DNA of 64,000 nt, from the NCBI RefSeq assembly GCF_044704955.1, contig NC_091978.1, positions 269,452,001-269,516,000 of the forward strand. The letters run 5' to 3'. This DNA comes from Pristiophorus japonicus. Taxonomy: Eukaryota. The notes beneath the pieces were generated by a model, which had not been told where the DNA came from, made no database searches, and saw nothing but the letters and a program-made list of their open reading frames with translations. Shown here piece by piece: positions 23,376 to 36,602 of this stretch (its first letter is position 1; each line of letters begins with the position of its first letter). The position numbers and the translations under genes were made by a program.

Positions 23376-23583
23376 TCAGTTTATCTTCTTATCTTCTAGT
23401 GTTTCTTTGCTGGCTAACTTTGTGCAGTAAGTGTTGAACTGGGAGTCAGTGCCAAAAATTTTGTCCCAGCAGGTGAAAGTTGAAGCATAGTTTCCAATAA
23501 AGTTCATGTGGTGAAAATCATGAAACCGAGCTCCAGCGTAAAACGGAATCAGATGCAAAGGATTCACAGGGATGTCATAACCA
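23376..23583 (-). CDS. MSMO1: Methylsterol monooxygenase 1, last coding exon
   Basis: (S)[48 protein letters not shown]...KKIN*. AG acceptor at 23584-23585; third histidine box HDFHH. Confidence 0.96.
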
Positions 23584-23829
23584 CTGGAGGTAAAATGTGC
23601 ACGATATTATTAAAACAACACTATAAAAGGGTGGCACATATCAATAGTAAAAAACAAAATAGCTTTAATCTTTCATTCAGAAAAAACTGAAAGGATGACA
23701 ATTTTGAAGAAAAGCTAGTACATTTCTTTTTTACAAGGTTAACTCATTTAACTAAAGAAAAGACAGATCATGTCAAAGTCCGGTGAGTGCCGAGACTCTG
23801 TCTTGTATCTGGAAGCATGGGATTGTTCC

Positions 23830-24585
23830 ATGGGCTCATGGGATTGGGGGTATTATATTAGCATAGATTGAGGATTGAGAATGATGTACAATTAACAGAC
23901 AGAAAACAGAGTATAGGAATAAACGGATCATTTTCAGGATGGCAGGGTGTAACTAGTGGAGTGTTGCAAGGATCGGTGCTTGGGCCTGAGCTATTTACAA
24001 TCTATATTAATGACTTGGATGAGGGGACAGAGTGTAATATTTCCAAGTTTACTGACGATAGCAAGAGTGTTGGTCTCCTTACCCAAGGAAGGACATACTT
24101 GCCTTAGAGTGGGATGTAACAAAGGTTCACTAGATTGATCTCTGGGATGAAAGAGCTGTCCTATGAGGAGCGGTTGAGTAGTTTGGACCTATATACTCTG
24201 GAATTTAGAAGAATGAGAGGTGATCTAATTGAAACAAAGTGGGCTTGACAGGATAGATGCTGAGAGGCTGTTTCCCCTGGCTGGAGAGTCTAGAACTAAA
24301 GGTCATAGTCTCAGGATATGGGGTCAGCCATGTAGAACTGAGGGGCGGAGAAATGTCTTCACTCAGAGGGTTGTGAATCTTTACCCCAGGAGGCTGTGGC
24401 TGTTCAGACGTTGAGTGTATTCAAGACTGAGATAGATTTTTGAGCACTAAGGGATTCAAGGGATATGGGGATACGGCGAGAAAGTGGAGTGATATAAAAG
24501 ATCAGCCATGGTCTTATTCAATGGCGGGGCAGGCTCAAGTGGCAATATGGCCTGCTCCTGCTCCTGCTCCTATTTCTTATATTCT
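23830..24585 (+). mobile_element. Internally deleted CR1 fragment in the last MSMO1 intron
   Basis: [21 protein letters not shown]...SKFTDD RT motifs followed by the CR1 C-terminus and 3' UTR. Confidence 0.85.
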
Positions 24586-25291
24586 TTCAAGAAGGATGCA
24601 GATCATCATCACATCAATATGTACCAGCTAAATGATTCATTGATGTGGATCTATTATGTGAGCAAGTCATGTAAAACATTTTCATGCAAAGGAGTAGTAG
24701 AGTTGTGGAAAAAGTTAGCAGGGAAGGGGTTGAAGCTACAAGTATAAATGGGTCCAAAAAACAAAATGTGTTTCTGGAGAGGAGAGATTAAGCATATAGT
24801 GAGAAGATGGATGGGAGGTTGGTCTAAGGAAAAGTGTTAGTCCCTTTTCTGTTCCTAAAATTTCATACTGAGGTTAAAGTCACATATGCAGCAAAAACCA
24901 AAAAAAAAGTTTTTTTTTTTAAAAATGGAGATGCAAGAAAGGTTTCAAAATGAATGACATTTCAACTGACAGCATTTTGCTTCTTTTCCCCTATTTCTGC
25001 ACAGCTTAAGAAGTAATTTTGCATTTACATGAAAGGATTAATCAATCATTGTATAATAAAACTAAATGAAAACAAAAATAAATTCAAAAGTAGTACTCAT
25101 TTAGCTACAATCCCTATATATTAAGGCAAAAAAAAGTGTTTTCCCAGTGCATTTAATTTGGCAATACAGCAATAACTGCTCCTTGAAATGGGAATGTCTG
25201 ATCCAATCTTTTGCTTGTAATTTGTTGATCTATGTTTGAATCAACTAAACTTGCCCCATCTGTAACTCTTATACAATATATGCAGACCTAC

Positions 25292-25446
25292 CTATGGACA
25301 TCAATAGTTTCCAGCAGGCGGATAGCGACCCAAGCCCACAGCAGCATCACGTGATTGCAGAAGATCATGATTCCAATGAAAAAGCCTGCTCCAAGGATAA
25401 TGGTCTCCAATGGATGAGCATATTCAGCTTGCATGCCAAATGGAGA
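25292..25446 (-). CDS. MSMO1: MSMO1 coding exon 4 (155 bp)
   Basis: [51 protein letters not shown](S); AG/GT flanks and phases fit. Confidence 0.96.
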
Positions 25447-26939
25447 CTAAAAGAAAATATTTTTATGAATATGGCATAGCTTGATTTATGGTAAAATTTC
25501 ATTTTTAGCACTTGGAAAAAAGGAACATTTGTCTCATCAACCCCATTTTCACAGAGCATGTACAGTCTGTCCTATCATGTACAATACCCAAATTTAATCA
25601 GCAAGGCAAAGTTCTGAAACTCTACCACACCAATTGACTTTCAAAGATAGATATTGTGGAGTTTTGCTGACCAATTTACACTTTTACCTCCATTTGTTAA
25701 ATTTTCTTTCCACGGATGATATTTTCATTTTGTCAGTAGCACATGTACTACTTTCTTGAACTTTATATGACCTTCAAAACCTTTCCGAACAAGACACTTA
25801 TCCAGCTCTTTTATGAAGGAATTAATCAATGCCGCATCAACTAGTTTTGCTGATAGTCCATTCTGTATATTCCCTACTCTGTGTGTGCGCACATGTATGC
25901 CTGCACACATATATATGTACATACATGTGTACATGTATAAATTCTTCCAAACTCTTGAAATTTGACAATTTTATGCATGTCTCCTTTAATTTTGCACTCA
26001 TAGATCAAGTTAAATAGCCTGCTGAGATCTAAATTTTTGTGCCTCTCAGCATTTTAGAAAGATGTAAAAGACTTCAGTGCAATAGTACCAAAGAAAACCC
26101 TGGATGTAAAGCCTCCGAAAAGAAGTTTCACGGTAGGAATGTCAGTATTACATGGGAGTTCAGTTTCTCATAGCAACATTGTTGCCCAAGATTCATTTTG
26201 GTGAACTCTAGCAACTGGAGAATTCATTGCCAACTAACCAGTCATTTGTATCATTTGTGCCAAAATTGTGTTTGAGACCCATTGCAACTAATAATATTGC
26301 ACAATTGAGAGCTAGTTTAGTTGCACTTGCAACTAAATCCTGAAGAGAATTTAGAAAAGAGTAATTGACAGCTTCATAGAAACTCTTGTTTAAAGACTTA
26401 AGATAAAACTTTTTCCACACAATTTGAAAATGACTATAGACAACAACAAAACAAGTAAAGAGGATATTGCCAGTACTAAATTCAATCTTTTCTGAAACAA
26501 TCCTTTAAATAAAACACAGTCTAAGAAGGCGGCTCACTGCCACCTTCTCAAGGGCAACTAGGGATGATCAATAAATGCTGGCCTTGCCAGCAATGCCCAC
26601 ATCCCATGAATGAATTTTTTTTTAAATGCCATGTGCTTTTCTTCTCTAGGTAAAACAAAGATCTTTCAATTCAAAATTGTATTTTTTTAATTTAAAAGCG
26701 CAGCATCAAGGACTAAAGCTTGTAAATTGAAGTCCAAGATTAAAAATGCACCAAGAAGTTGCACAAATTCAGATTAGTACAACCAAATTTCAGAAAAAGA
26801 TCTCCATTTGTGCCTTAGAGTCTCAGGAAGAATTATGAACAAGATTAAAAGGACAACTTAATCACACTTCTGGGTAAATTTTATCTGAATTGAAGAGTGA
26901 GCACTTTCAGAAAAAAAATTAGTACGGCTTGGAACTTAC

Positions 26940-27066
26940 TGTAAAATCATGATGCATCTTGTGAATATATTTGTAGATCCTCCTATGATGTAACATTCTG
27001 TGCAAGAAGTAGTGCCATGTGTCCTCGATAACTGCACAACCAAAGCACTGGGCTAGAAGCATGTAC
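26940..27066 (-). CDS. MSMO1: MSMO1 coding exon 3 (127 bp)
   Basis: (W)[42 protein letters not shown] with histidine boxes HRMLH and HKMHH; GTAAGT donor. Confidence 0.96.
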
Positions 27067-27619
27067 CTAAATTAATTCAAAGGAGTGAGTCAGGAGCATG
27101 CTCTCCAGGCAACCTACAGCTGCATTTATCTTAATTGGGTAGAGCCACAGGCAGCATTCAATATAAACGCTTAGAAAAACTGTGGAAAAACACTGACATG
27201 ATTATATGCATAATACTGTATTAAAAGGATAATCTTCACACATACAATTGAAGGATAAGACATCTGCAATTTGAGGGAAGCATGGCTGTTTGGAATACAA
27301 TTATTAATGGCCAGGCGAAGGTGTCTGGGTCTAGACAACAAGCCTTATGCTCAGGTGTGGTGGGACCCATTCTTCAAGGGAAGATAAATTAATCTGAACA
27401 AACACTCTCTCTCATTTCACCACGACCACCCAAAAATGTTTTCATAGTCACAGCATCTAAAAATAAATCCCATGTATATAGGTCAGGCAACGCAAGATGT
27501 TTTGCAAATATTTCCAACAACCTGTCCCAGTTCCACAAAAAAAAACACTTCCTACTCTTCGTGCCAGGGTGATTCACAAAAGAGACCCATCTGAGATTAG
27601 ATGTCAGCCTTTGTTCTTG

Positions 27620-28090
27620 AAAGAAAAAGACTTGCATTATTATAGCACCTTTCACGATCACCAGACGTCACAAAGCACTTTACAGCCAATGAAATACTTT
27701 TAGAATGTTGTCACTGTTGTAATGTAGGAAACACGGCAGCCAATTTGTGCATAAGCAAGCTCCCACAAACAGCAATGTGATAGTGACCAGATAATCTGTT
27801 TTTTTTTGTTATGTTGATTGAGGGATAACTATTGGCCAGGACACCGGGGATAACTCCCATGCTTTTCTTCAAAATAGTGTCATGGGATCTTTTCCATCCA
27901 CTTGAGAGAGCAAAGGGGGCCTCGGTTTAACGTCTCATCCGAAACACGGCACCTCCGACAGTGCAGTACTCCCTCAGTACTGTACCGGGGTGTCAGCCTA
28001 GATTTTGTGTGCTCAAGTCCATGGAGTGGGATGTGAACCCACAACTTTCTGACTCAGAGGCAAGAGTGCTGCTCACTGAGCCACAGCTGC
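27620..28090 (-). mobile_element. DeuSINE (SacSINE1-like), near full length
   Basis: Minus strand has a tRNA-like head (GTGGCTCAGTG...GGTTCACATCCC) and the Deu core GTCGGAGGTGCCGTGTTTCGGATGAGACGTTAAACCGAGGCCCC...AAAAGATCCCATG. Confidence 0.8.
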
Positions 28091-28091
28091 C

Positions 28092-28430
28092 CTCTGAGCC
28101 AGAAAGTTGTAGGTTCACATCCCAATGCCAGAGACCAGAGAACATAATACAGACAGAAAGTGTGCTGCAGTGTCGGAGATGCTGCTTTTCAGTTGAGGCA
28201 TTAAACTGAGGGCCTGTCTGCCTCTCAGGTGGGTGTAAAAGATCCCATGACATTATTTGAAGAAAAGTAGGGAAGTTCTCCCCCGTGACCTAGCCAACAT
28301 TTATCCCTCAAACAGTGCATAAGTTGTTTGTCGTGTTTCCTACACTACAACAGTGACTACAATTCAAAAGTATTTAATTGTCTGTAAAGCTCTTTGGGAT
28401 GTCCCGAAGACAGGAGGCTCTATATTTCTT
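28092..28430 (+). mobile_element. Second DeuSINE, head-to-head with the first, internally deleted
   Basis: GTAGGTTCACATCCC...GTCGGAGATGCTGCTTTTCAGTTGAGGCATTAAACTGAGG...AAAAGATCCCATGACATTATTTGAAGAA. Confidence 0.75.
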
Positions 28431-28598
28431 TAAACGTTCTCACTTTAAAAAAAAGTCCAAGCAACGTTTCCCAAAGATGAAGAAGCATTCTAACAATTTT
28501 TTTAAAAACTTTAACCATTTTTAACTTTAACTAGAAGTGGTATTACTAAGGAAACTTTCCCCAACAACAAAAGTAGAGTAAATACAATACAAAAGTAC

Positions 28599-28747
28599 CA
28601 TCTTGGCATAGAGTTCCAGGTATAAGGGATGTTGAAGTACTCAGTAAAGTAGTAAGTGCCACAGATCATGGGGAACTGGATACAGAAGTGATTGAAGAGC
28701 AGCACCTTGAAACATTTCCATTGTTTTTCCCAGGTTTCTGGTTTGTC
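28599..28747 (-). CDS. MSMO1: MSMO1 coding exon 2 (149 bp)
   Basis: [49 protein letters not shown](W); AG/GT flanks. Confidence 0.97.
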
Positions 28748-29259
28748 CTGGAAAGAACAGAAACAGATACAGTATAGAAAGCAACCTAAACCACAGAAAA
28801 TCTTTGACATGATGAAAGGCTTGCATAAAAATAGAAACTATTTAATAGTGACCGGTAGCCTATATAGTTCTAGTGCACACTTGGCTTTTATGGACTTTTG
28901 TCAGATAATGCTGGTAACCTCCAGTACTACATTTACAACATTGAGATATCACCCTTATCTTACAGTTTCCAAACAGTGCTCCTGCATTTTACAGCAATTT
29001 GATATTATATATACACAACCATTAAAACTGGTGACACACAGGCTAATGAACTGATGTTATGGTCTATTTGATTTCAGATTTCAAGTTAAAGATGAAATGG
29101 AGCTAGTCTCAGTATATCCAGGCTAGGAAGTGGAAAACTGGCCATAGTCACTAATCATCACCCAGCTGAAGGTTTGTGTGAGGACAAGGTGCAGCATATC
29201 TGTGCCGATCCCTATGAACAAACAGCCACCAACACTCCTTGTCCAGGCTCACAAATGAC

Positions 29260-29615
29260 ATCAAGAAGACATCAATAAACTTGCAGAATGGGCTTGTAAA
29301 TGGCAAAAGGATGTCAAAATGGTGGAGAAGTGTGAGGTGTTACATTTTGGTAGGGGAAATAAGGCAGCCACATACTCCTTGGAAAATAAAGTCTAAATGG
29401 GGTACAAGAGCAAAGTGATGTAGGAGTACAGATTCACAAATTATTAAAAATTAGCAATGCCGGTTTCAAGACCATACAAAATGCAAACTAAACACGAGGG
29501 TTTATTTCGAGAGGGATAGCACTGAAAAGCAGAGAAGTTATGTTAAACTTGTATAGAATCTTGGTTAAATCACACTTAAATATAGTGTGTACAGTTCTGG
29601 TCTCCATATTACAAA
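29260..29615 (+). mobile_element. Old CR1 ORF2 fragment
   Basis: Degenerate KCEVLHFG...MLNLYRILVKSHL. Confidence 0.7.
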
Positions 29616-29619
29616 AACA

Positions 29620-31141
29620 TTTTTTTTATTTGTTCGTGGGATGTGGGCATCGCTGGCAAGGTCAAGCATTTATTGACCATCCCCAATTGCTCTTGAAAGG
29701 TGGTGGTGAGCTGCCTTCTTGAAGCACTGCAGTCCTTGTAGGTACTCGCACAGTGCTGTAAGGCAGGGAGTTCCAGGAGGAATGGTGATACATTTCCAAG
29801 TTAGGATCACATGCACAGTGTTCAGTTCCATTCGCAACTCCTCAGATAATGAAGAAGTCCATGCCCGAATGCAGCAAGACTTGGAGGGGAACTTGGAGGT
29901 GATGGTGTCCCCATACGCCTGTTGCCCTTGTCCTTCTAGGTGGTAGAGGTCATGGGTTTGGGAGGTGCTGCCGAAGAAGCCTTAGCAAGTTGCTGCAATG
30001 CATCCTGTAGATGGTACACACTGCAGGGACTGAATGTTTAAGGTGGTGGATGGGTGCCAATGAAGCGCGCTGCTTTGTCCTGGATGGTGTTGGGCTTCTT
30101 GAGTGTTGTTGGAGCTGCACTTATCCAAGCAAGTGCCTTATAGATGGTGGAAAAGGCTTTAGGGAGTCAGGAGGCGAGACATTAGTTGCAGAATACCCAT
30201 CCTCTGACCTGCTCTTGTTGCCACAGTATTTATATGGCTGGAACAGTTAAGTTTCTGGTCAATGGTGACCCCCAGGATGTTGATGGTGGGGACTCCAGTG
30301 ATGGCAATGCAGTTTAATATCATGGGGTGGTGGCTAGACTCTTGCTTGTTGGAGATAGTCATTGCCTGGCACTTGTGCAGCACAAATGTCACTTGCCACT
30401 TATCAGTCCAAGCCTAAATGTCATCCAGGGTTTGCTCCATGTGTGCGAATGGAACTGAATGCTGTGCAATCATCAGCAAACATCCCCACTTCTGACCTTA
30501 TGATGGAGGGAAGGTCATTGTTGAAGTAGCTGAAGATGGTTGGGCCTAGGGCACTGCCCTGAGGAAATCCTGCAGCGATGTCGTGGGGCTGAGATGATTG
30601 TCCTCCAACAACTACAACCATTTTTCTTTGTGCTAGCTATGACTCCAGCCAACGGAGAGTTTTTCCCCCCCGATTCCCATTGACCTCAGTTTTACTAGGG
30701 CTCATTGATGCCACACTCGGTCAAATGCTGCCTTGCTGTCAAGGGCAGTCACCCTCACCTCACCCCTCGAATTTAGCTCTTTTGTCCATGTTTGGACGAA
30801 GGCTGTAATGAGGTCTGGAGCCGACAGGTTCTGGCTGAATCAAAACTGAGCATCGGTGAGCAGGTTATTGGTAAGTGCTGCTTGATAGCACTGTCGACGG
30901 CATCTTCCTTCACTTTGCTGATGATTGAGAGTAGACTTATGGAGCGGTAATTGGCTGGATTGGATTTGTCCTGCATTATGTTGACAGGACATACCTGGGC
31001 AGATGCCAGTGTTGTAGCGTACTGAAACAGCTTGGCTAGAGGTGTGGCTAGTTCTGGAACACAAGTCTTCAGCACGACAACCGGGATGTTGTCAGGGTCT
31101 ATAGCCTTTGCTGTATCCAGTGCGCTCAGCCGTTTCTTGAT
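29620..31141 (-). mobile_element. Non-LTR retrotransposon of a distinct family, RT to 3' end
   Basis: LKTCVPELATPLAKLFQ, KSNPANYRSISLLSIISKV, GFPQGSALGP...MFADD. Its 3' end also occurs alone at about 26520-26625 (+). Clade not determined. Confidence 0.8.
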
Positions 31142-34100
31142 ATCCTTTATTTCAGGTCTCAGAGTGCCTCTCCAGCCTGTGAGGCCTCCTTTTGTACAAG
31201 GGATGAGCCCTCTGGTGGTTAAACATGGTATTTACAGGTTTACATATACAACAACACTCTCTCCTCTTCACCCCCTCCCTGCCCCCAAAGTTAATAGTGT
31301 AACTATTTACAAAGCGAGTCGATCTGGGGCCTTCCGTTCCATGGTTTATCATCTCGGTGCAAATGCTGGTTTTGGTGAGTCGTTTGTTGGGCCCTCGCTG
31401 GGCTGCTGCGCAGTTGGCCTTGCTGTGCTGCTCGGTGTGTTGAGTCCTGCTGGGCTGCTGCGGGTGATGGGTTCTGCTTCGTGATCAACCGCTGGGTCGG
31501 TTACCACCTGTGTGTGTGTTGGAGGGTCGAAAAAGGTAGAGTCTATTGTGAATTGTTCTGGATAGTCCGTGAATCTATGTTTCGTTTGGTCCAAGTGCTT
31601 CCTGCAGGTAAGTCCATTTGAGAGTTTGACCACAAACACCCTATTCCCCTCTTTGGCCAACACAGTGCTGGGAAACCACTTGGGACCTTGTCCATAGTTC
31701 AACACAAATACAGGATCAGTAATCTCGATTTCACGTGACACATTTGCACGCTCATGATATGTATTCTGTTGGTGCCGTCTGCTCTCTACCTGTTCGTGTA
31801 GATCAGGGTGGACTAACGAGAGCCTTGTCTTAAGTGCCCTTTTCATGAGCAGTTCAGCAGGAGGGACCCCAGTGAGCGAGTGGGGTCTTGTGCGGTAGCT
31901 AAGCAGGACACAGGATAGGCGAGTCTGCAGTGAGCCTTCAGTTACCCTTTTCAAGCTCTGCTTGATTGTTTGCACTGCTCACTCTGCCTGACCGTTGGAC
32001 GCTGGTTTAAACGGGACAGATGTGACATGTTTGATTCCATTGCGGGTCATGAACTCGGCACTGGTAAAGCACGGCCCACTGTCACTCAAGGACGTCAGGC
32101 GAGCCGTGCGCGGCAAACGTGGCCCGCAGGCTTTCAATGGTGGCAGCGGACGTGCTTGCCGACATTATCACACATTCAATCCATTTGGAGTACGCATCTA
32201 CAACCACGAGGAACCTTTTTCCCCAAGAACGGGCCCGCATATCATTGACATGGACCCTGGACCATGGTTTGGAGGGCCAGGACCATAACCTTAGTGGCGC
32301 CTCCCTGGGTGCATTGCTTAACTATGAACATGTATTACATTTGTGCACGCAGGACTCAAAGTCTGCATCGATACCGGGCCACCACATGTGGGATCTGGCT
32401 ATTGCTTTCATCATTACGATGCCTGGGTGGGTACTATGGAGGTCACTAATGAAGGTGTCCCTGCCCTTTTTTGGCATCACAACCTGATTACCCCAAAGGA
32501 GGCAGTCTGCCTGTATCGACATTTCATCTCTACGCCTCTGGTACGGCTTTATTTCTTCCTGCATCTCTAGCGGGACACTAGACCAACTCCCATGGAGCAC
32601 AGAGTTTCTTTTACTAAGGACAGTAAGGGGTCCTGGCTCGTCCAGGTTCTAATCTGTCGGGCGGTAACAGGTGATTGCTCACTCTCGAATGCTTCCATTA
32701 CCATAACTAAATCTGTGGGTTGTGCCATCTCCACCCGTGGTGGGTAATGGCAGCCTACTGAGAGCATCAGCACAGTTTTCTGTGCCTGGCCTGTGGCAGA
32801 TGGCGTAGTTGTATGTGGACAACATGAGCACCTATCTCTGGATGTGGGCCGATGCATTTGCATTTATCCCCTTACTTTCAGAAAAGAGGGATATAAGCGG
32901 TTGATGGTCAGTTTCCAATTCAAATTTGAGCCCAAACAGATATTGATGTTGATTCTTTACCCCATAAACACATACTTTCTCGATCATACTGTAGGCCCTC
33001 TCGGCCTTAGACAGACTTCTGGATGCATAAGCAACCGGTTGCAATTTCCCAAATTCATTAGCTTGTTGCAATACACACCCGACACCGTATGACGGCGCAT
33101 CACATGCTAGTACCAAAAGCTTACATGGATCGTACAACAGAAGCAATTTGTTTGAGCATAACAGTTTCTTAGCTTTCTCAAAAGGCATTTTCTTCGCTTT
33201 TACTCCATTACCGTTCATCTCCTTTACGCAGTAAGGAGTGCAGTGGTTCTAACAATGTGCTAAGACCCGGTAAGAAGTTAGCAAAGTAGCTCAGGAGTCA
33301 TGGAAACAACCGCAGCTCCGTCATGTTCTGTGGTGTCATTGCGTTTTTGATTGCCTCAGTCTTCGAATTGGTGGGCCTGATGCCGTCCGCCGTAATTCTT
33401 CTCCCCAGGAACTCCACTTCAGGAGCCAGGAAAACGCACTTCGAGCATTTTAGCCTGAACCCCACACGATTAAGCCGACTAAGAACCTCCTCCAGGTTCT
33501 GCAGCTGCTCGAAGGTGTCCCGATCTCTAACCAAGATGTCGTCCTCAAAGACCACGGTGCGCGGGACCGACTTTAGCATGCTTTCCATGTTCCTCTGGAA
33601 TATCGCCGAGGCCGATCGGATCCCAAACGCGCATCTGTTGTAAATGAAGAGACCTTTATGCATGTTGATGCAGGCGAGGCCCTTCGATGATTCCTCCAGC
33701 TCCTATATCATGTAGGCCGAGGTCAAGTCCAGCTTCGTGAACGTTTTTCCTCATGCCAACGTCGCAAATAGGTCGTCTGCCTTTGGTAGCGGGTATTGAT
33801 CCTGCAGGGAGAAATGATTGATAGTTACTTTGTAATCACCACAGATTCTGACGGTGCCGTCTCCCTTGAGGACTGGAACAATCGGACTGGCCCACTCGTT
33901 GAATTCGATCGGCGAAATGATGCCCTCTCGTTGCAGCCTGTCCAGCTCGATCTCCACCCTCTCTTTCATCATATACGGTACTGCTCTCGCCTTGTGATGG
34001 ATGGGTCGCACCCCCGGAATCAAATGGATCTGCACTTTTGCTCCTTGTAACTTCCCGATGTCTGGTTTGAACAGCGAGGGGAATTTATTTAGGATCTGGG

Positions 34101-35577
34101 CACATGAAGTGTCGCGTCGTCCCAGTTCCAGCATATCTTTCCCAGCCAGCTTCTGCCGAACAGCGTGGGGCCATCGTCCGGTACCACCCAGAGTGGTAAA
34201 TCGTGCACCGCTCCATCGTAGGAGACCTTTACGGTAGCACTGCCAATTACAGGAATCAGTGCCTTTTTGTGTACGTTCTCAGTTTAGTACGAATGGGAGT
34301 CAGGACTGGCCTCGAGGCTTTTTGCTCATTATGGACTGGCTCGCGCCAGTTTCCAGCTCCATTGACACCGGGAGTCCATTTAATTCAACCTTCAGCATTA
34401 CTGGGCGACACTTTGTGGTAAATGTGTGCACCCCATATACCTCTGCCTCCTCAGCCTGAGGCTCTAGTTCGTCATGATCCACCGTGGATCTGTCCTCCTC
34501 TGCAACATGGTGGTTTGCAGAATTAGCAAGGTTTGCAGCTCACCTGCACATACATTGGAGGTGTCCCATTGTTCCACAGTCCTTGCAAACATATCCTTTG
34601 AAGCGACATGAATGGAAACGATGATCACCCCTACAACGCCAACAAGGTGTTAATGGCCTTGCATTCACCACCCTTGATGGTGGACTCAGACATCTGCGGA
34701 CATGCAACTGCAGGCATGTAAGTCCTGCCCTGTACATTTCGATTCGAAAACAACCATTACTTTGTTCACAGTACTTGCAGCAGCACTTGTGTGCTGAGAG
34801 ATTTGTTTGGTATTGTCACTGGTGGCGATAAACGCCTGGGCTATCGCTATGGCTTTATTCAAGGTTGGGGTCTCTACAGTCAAAAGTTTGCGAAGTATTA
34901 CTTCATGGCCAATGCCAAGTACAAAGTCATCCCTGAGGATGTGCTCCAAGTGTCCTTCAAATTTGCAATGTCTTGCAAGGCGCCTTAGCTCGGCGACGTA
35001 GCTCGCCACTTCCTGGCCTTCAGACCTCTTGTACGTGTAGAACCGATATCTCGCCATCAGAACGCTTTCCTTCGGGTTTAGATGCTCCAAGACCAGTGTA
35101 CACAAATCATCGTAGGACTTCTCTGTGGGTTTCGCTGGAGCGAGCAGATTTTTCATGAGGCCATACATTGGTGCCCCGCAAACGGTGAGGAGGATCACCC
35201 TTCATTTGGCAGCGTTCCCTTCTCCTTCCAGCTCGTTGTCCACGAAGTATTGGTCAAGTCGCTCCACGAAGGTTTCCCAATCATCTCCCTTTGAAAATTT
35301 GTCCAAGATGCCCACGGTTCTCTGCATCGCTGCGGTGGGGTTCGTCATCTGTATCTCGTCGCCAGTTGTTGTGACTTGAATAAAGAGTCAGACTAAATAC
35401 TGCAAGCTCAAGGTAAGGTGTGACCGTAATCCTTTATTACAGGTCTCAGAGTGCCTCTCCAGCCTGTGAGGCTTCCTTATGTACAGGTGCTCCCAAGGGT
35501 TTGTGGGATCCCTTGGGACTCCAGGGGATGAGCCCTCTGGTGGTTAAACATGGTATTTAAGGTTTACATATATAACA
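31142..35577 (-). mobile_element. Ty3/gypsy (Mag-like) LTR retrotransposon in MSMO1 intron 1, decayed
   Basis: 5' LTR 35367-35577 (TG...CA); PBS TGGCGACGAG (tRNA-Ser GCT) at 35355-35364; gag with two zinc knuckles, protease, RT (WASPIVPV, RICGDYK), RNase H, integrase; purine tract; 3' LTR 31142-31253 is truncated and internally deleted. Confidence 0.93.
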
Positions 35578-36350
35578 TTACCAATATTAGTTTTACCAAT
35601 AAAGTGTATCAGAAATGATATTCTTCACGGAACTGGATTCTGCTAAAATTGTTGTATTACTTCATTACAAAGAAGGTACAATGACACCAGAAAACTATTA
35701 TATAGACATATATACCAGCAAGAACATAGTATGATGCCATACTAATAATGCCTAATGCTCCACTTCCATCAAACAAGTACTTTTTTTTATCCTCATTGTT
35801 GGCAGTTTTTTTTGTGGGGGAAAATGAAAAGATTAATACTATCAACAGTTATTCAATAGTGAGGCCTTTTAGAATAATACTTTGTTTTGAATTAAACGAG
35901 GATGACATTAGTAATATACTGGATGATTTGTAGACTCACATTTGTCTTATAAAACACAGATGACAGAGAATGTTAACCACTGTACAATGTTATTGCACCA
36001 TTATCTTCCCAACAGCATAAAAAAGCCAGCATTTCAAGCACAAAGCAAACTGCACAGGCCTTTAACGGACGTCAAGTACTTGTGTTTGGACAAGCAGGAA
36101 CTCAGCAACCACACATTATTTGTGTCAATGACATTACACAATAATTATACAAATATCGTTGGACTGTATTCGGCAAACTTTTGGGGAGTAGGTGTTTGTT
36201 TCAAGTAAATGAATACTTCATGAAGACAACCCCTCTTTAAACTGAGTACAAGGGAGGAAGGGAAGTACAAATCCCACCATTTAGGTGGGCGACAGTCACA
36301 AAAACAGAAACACGTTCACCAAGTCAGGTGCCGCCCCCAATCCCTTTTAC

Positions 36351-36602
36351 CTGCTGGATTTTGTACTTCTGCATGCAAGGTATGAACTGAAAGATGAACC
36401 CAGGCAAACAGATGGCGAAGTAGACGAGTTCGTGAAGAAGTAGCGAACCCCAGGTTGCGATCTGAAACTTGGTGTAATTGCTCGTCATATAATTCCAGCC
36501 GTTGCGGAAGGGTCCCTGCAGCGGGTTCGCAGGAAGCATCGAGTCCACATATTCCACTGCCAGGTAAGCCGAGCTGAGGATGCTTGCACCAGTGCCATTC
36601 AT
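36351..36602 (-). CDS. MSMO1: MSMO1 first coding exon (252 bp, 84 aa)
   Basis: [32 protein letters not shown]...[18 protein letters not shown]...KYKIQQ; GTAAAA donor. The five exons total 891 bp, or 296 aa plus stop. Confidence 0.97.

Noticed and set aside
28020-28130. tRNA genes
   Set aside because: The A/B-box-like sequences are degenerate SINE heads attached to Deu domains.
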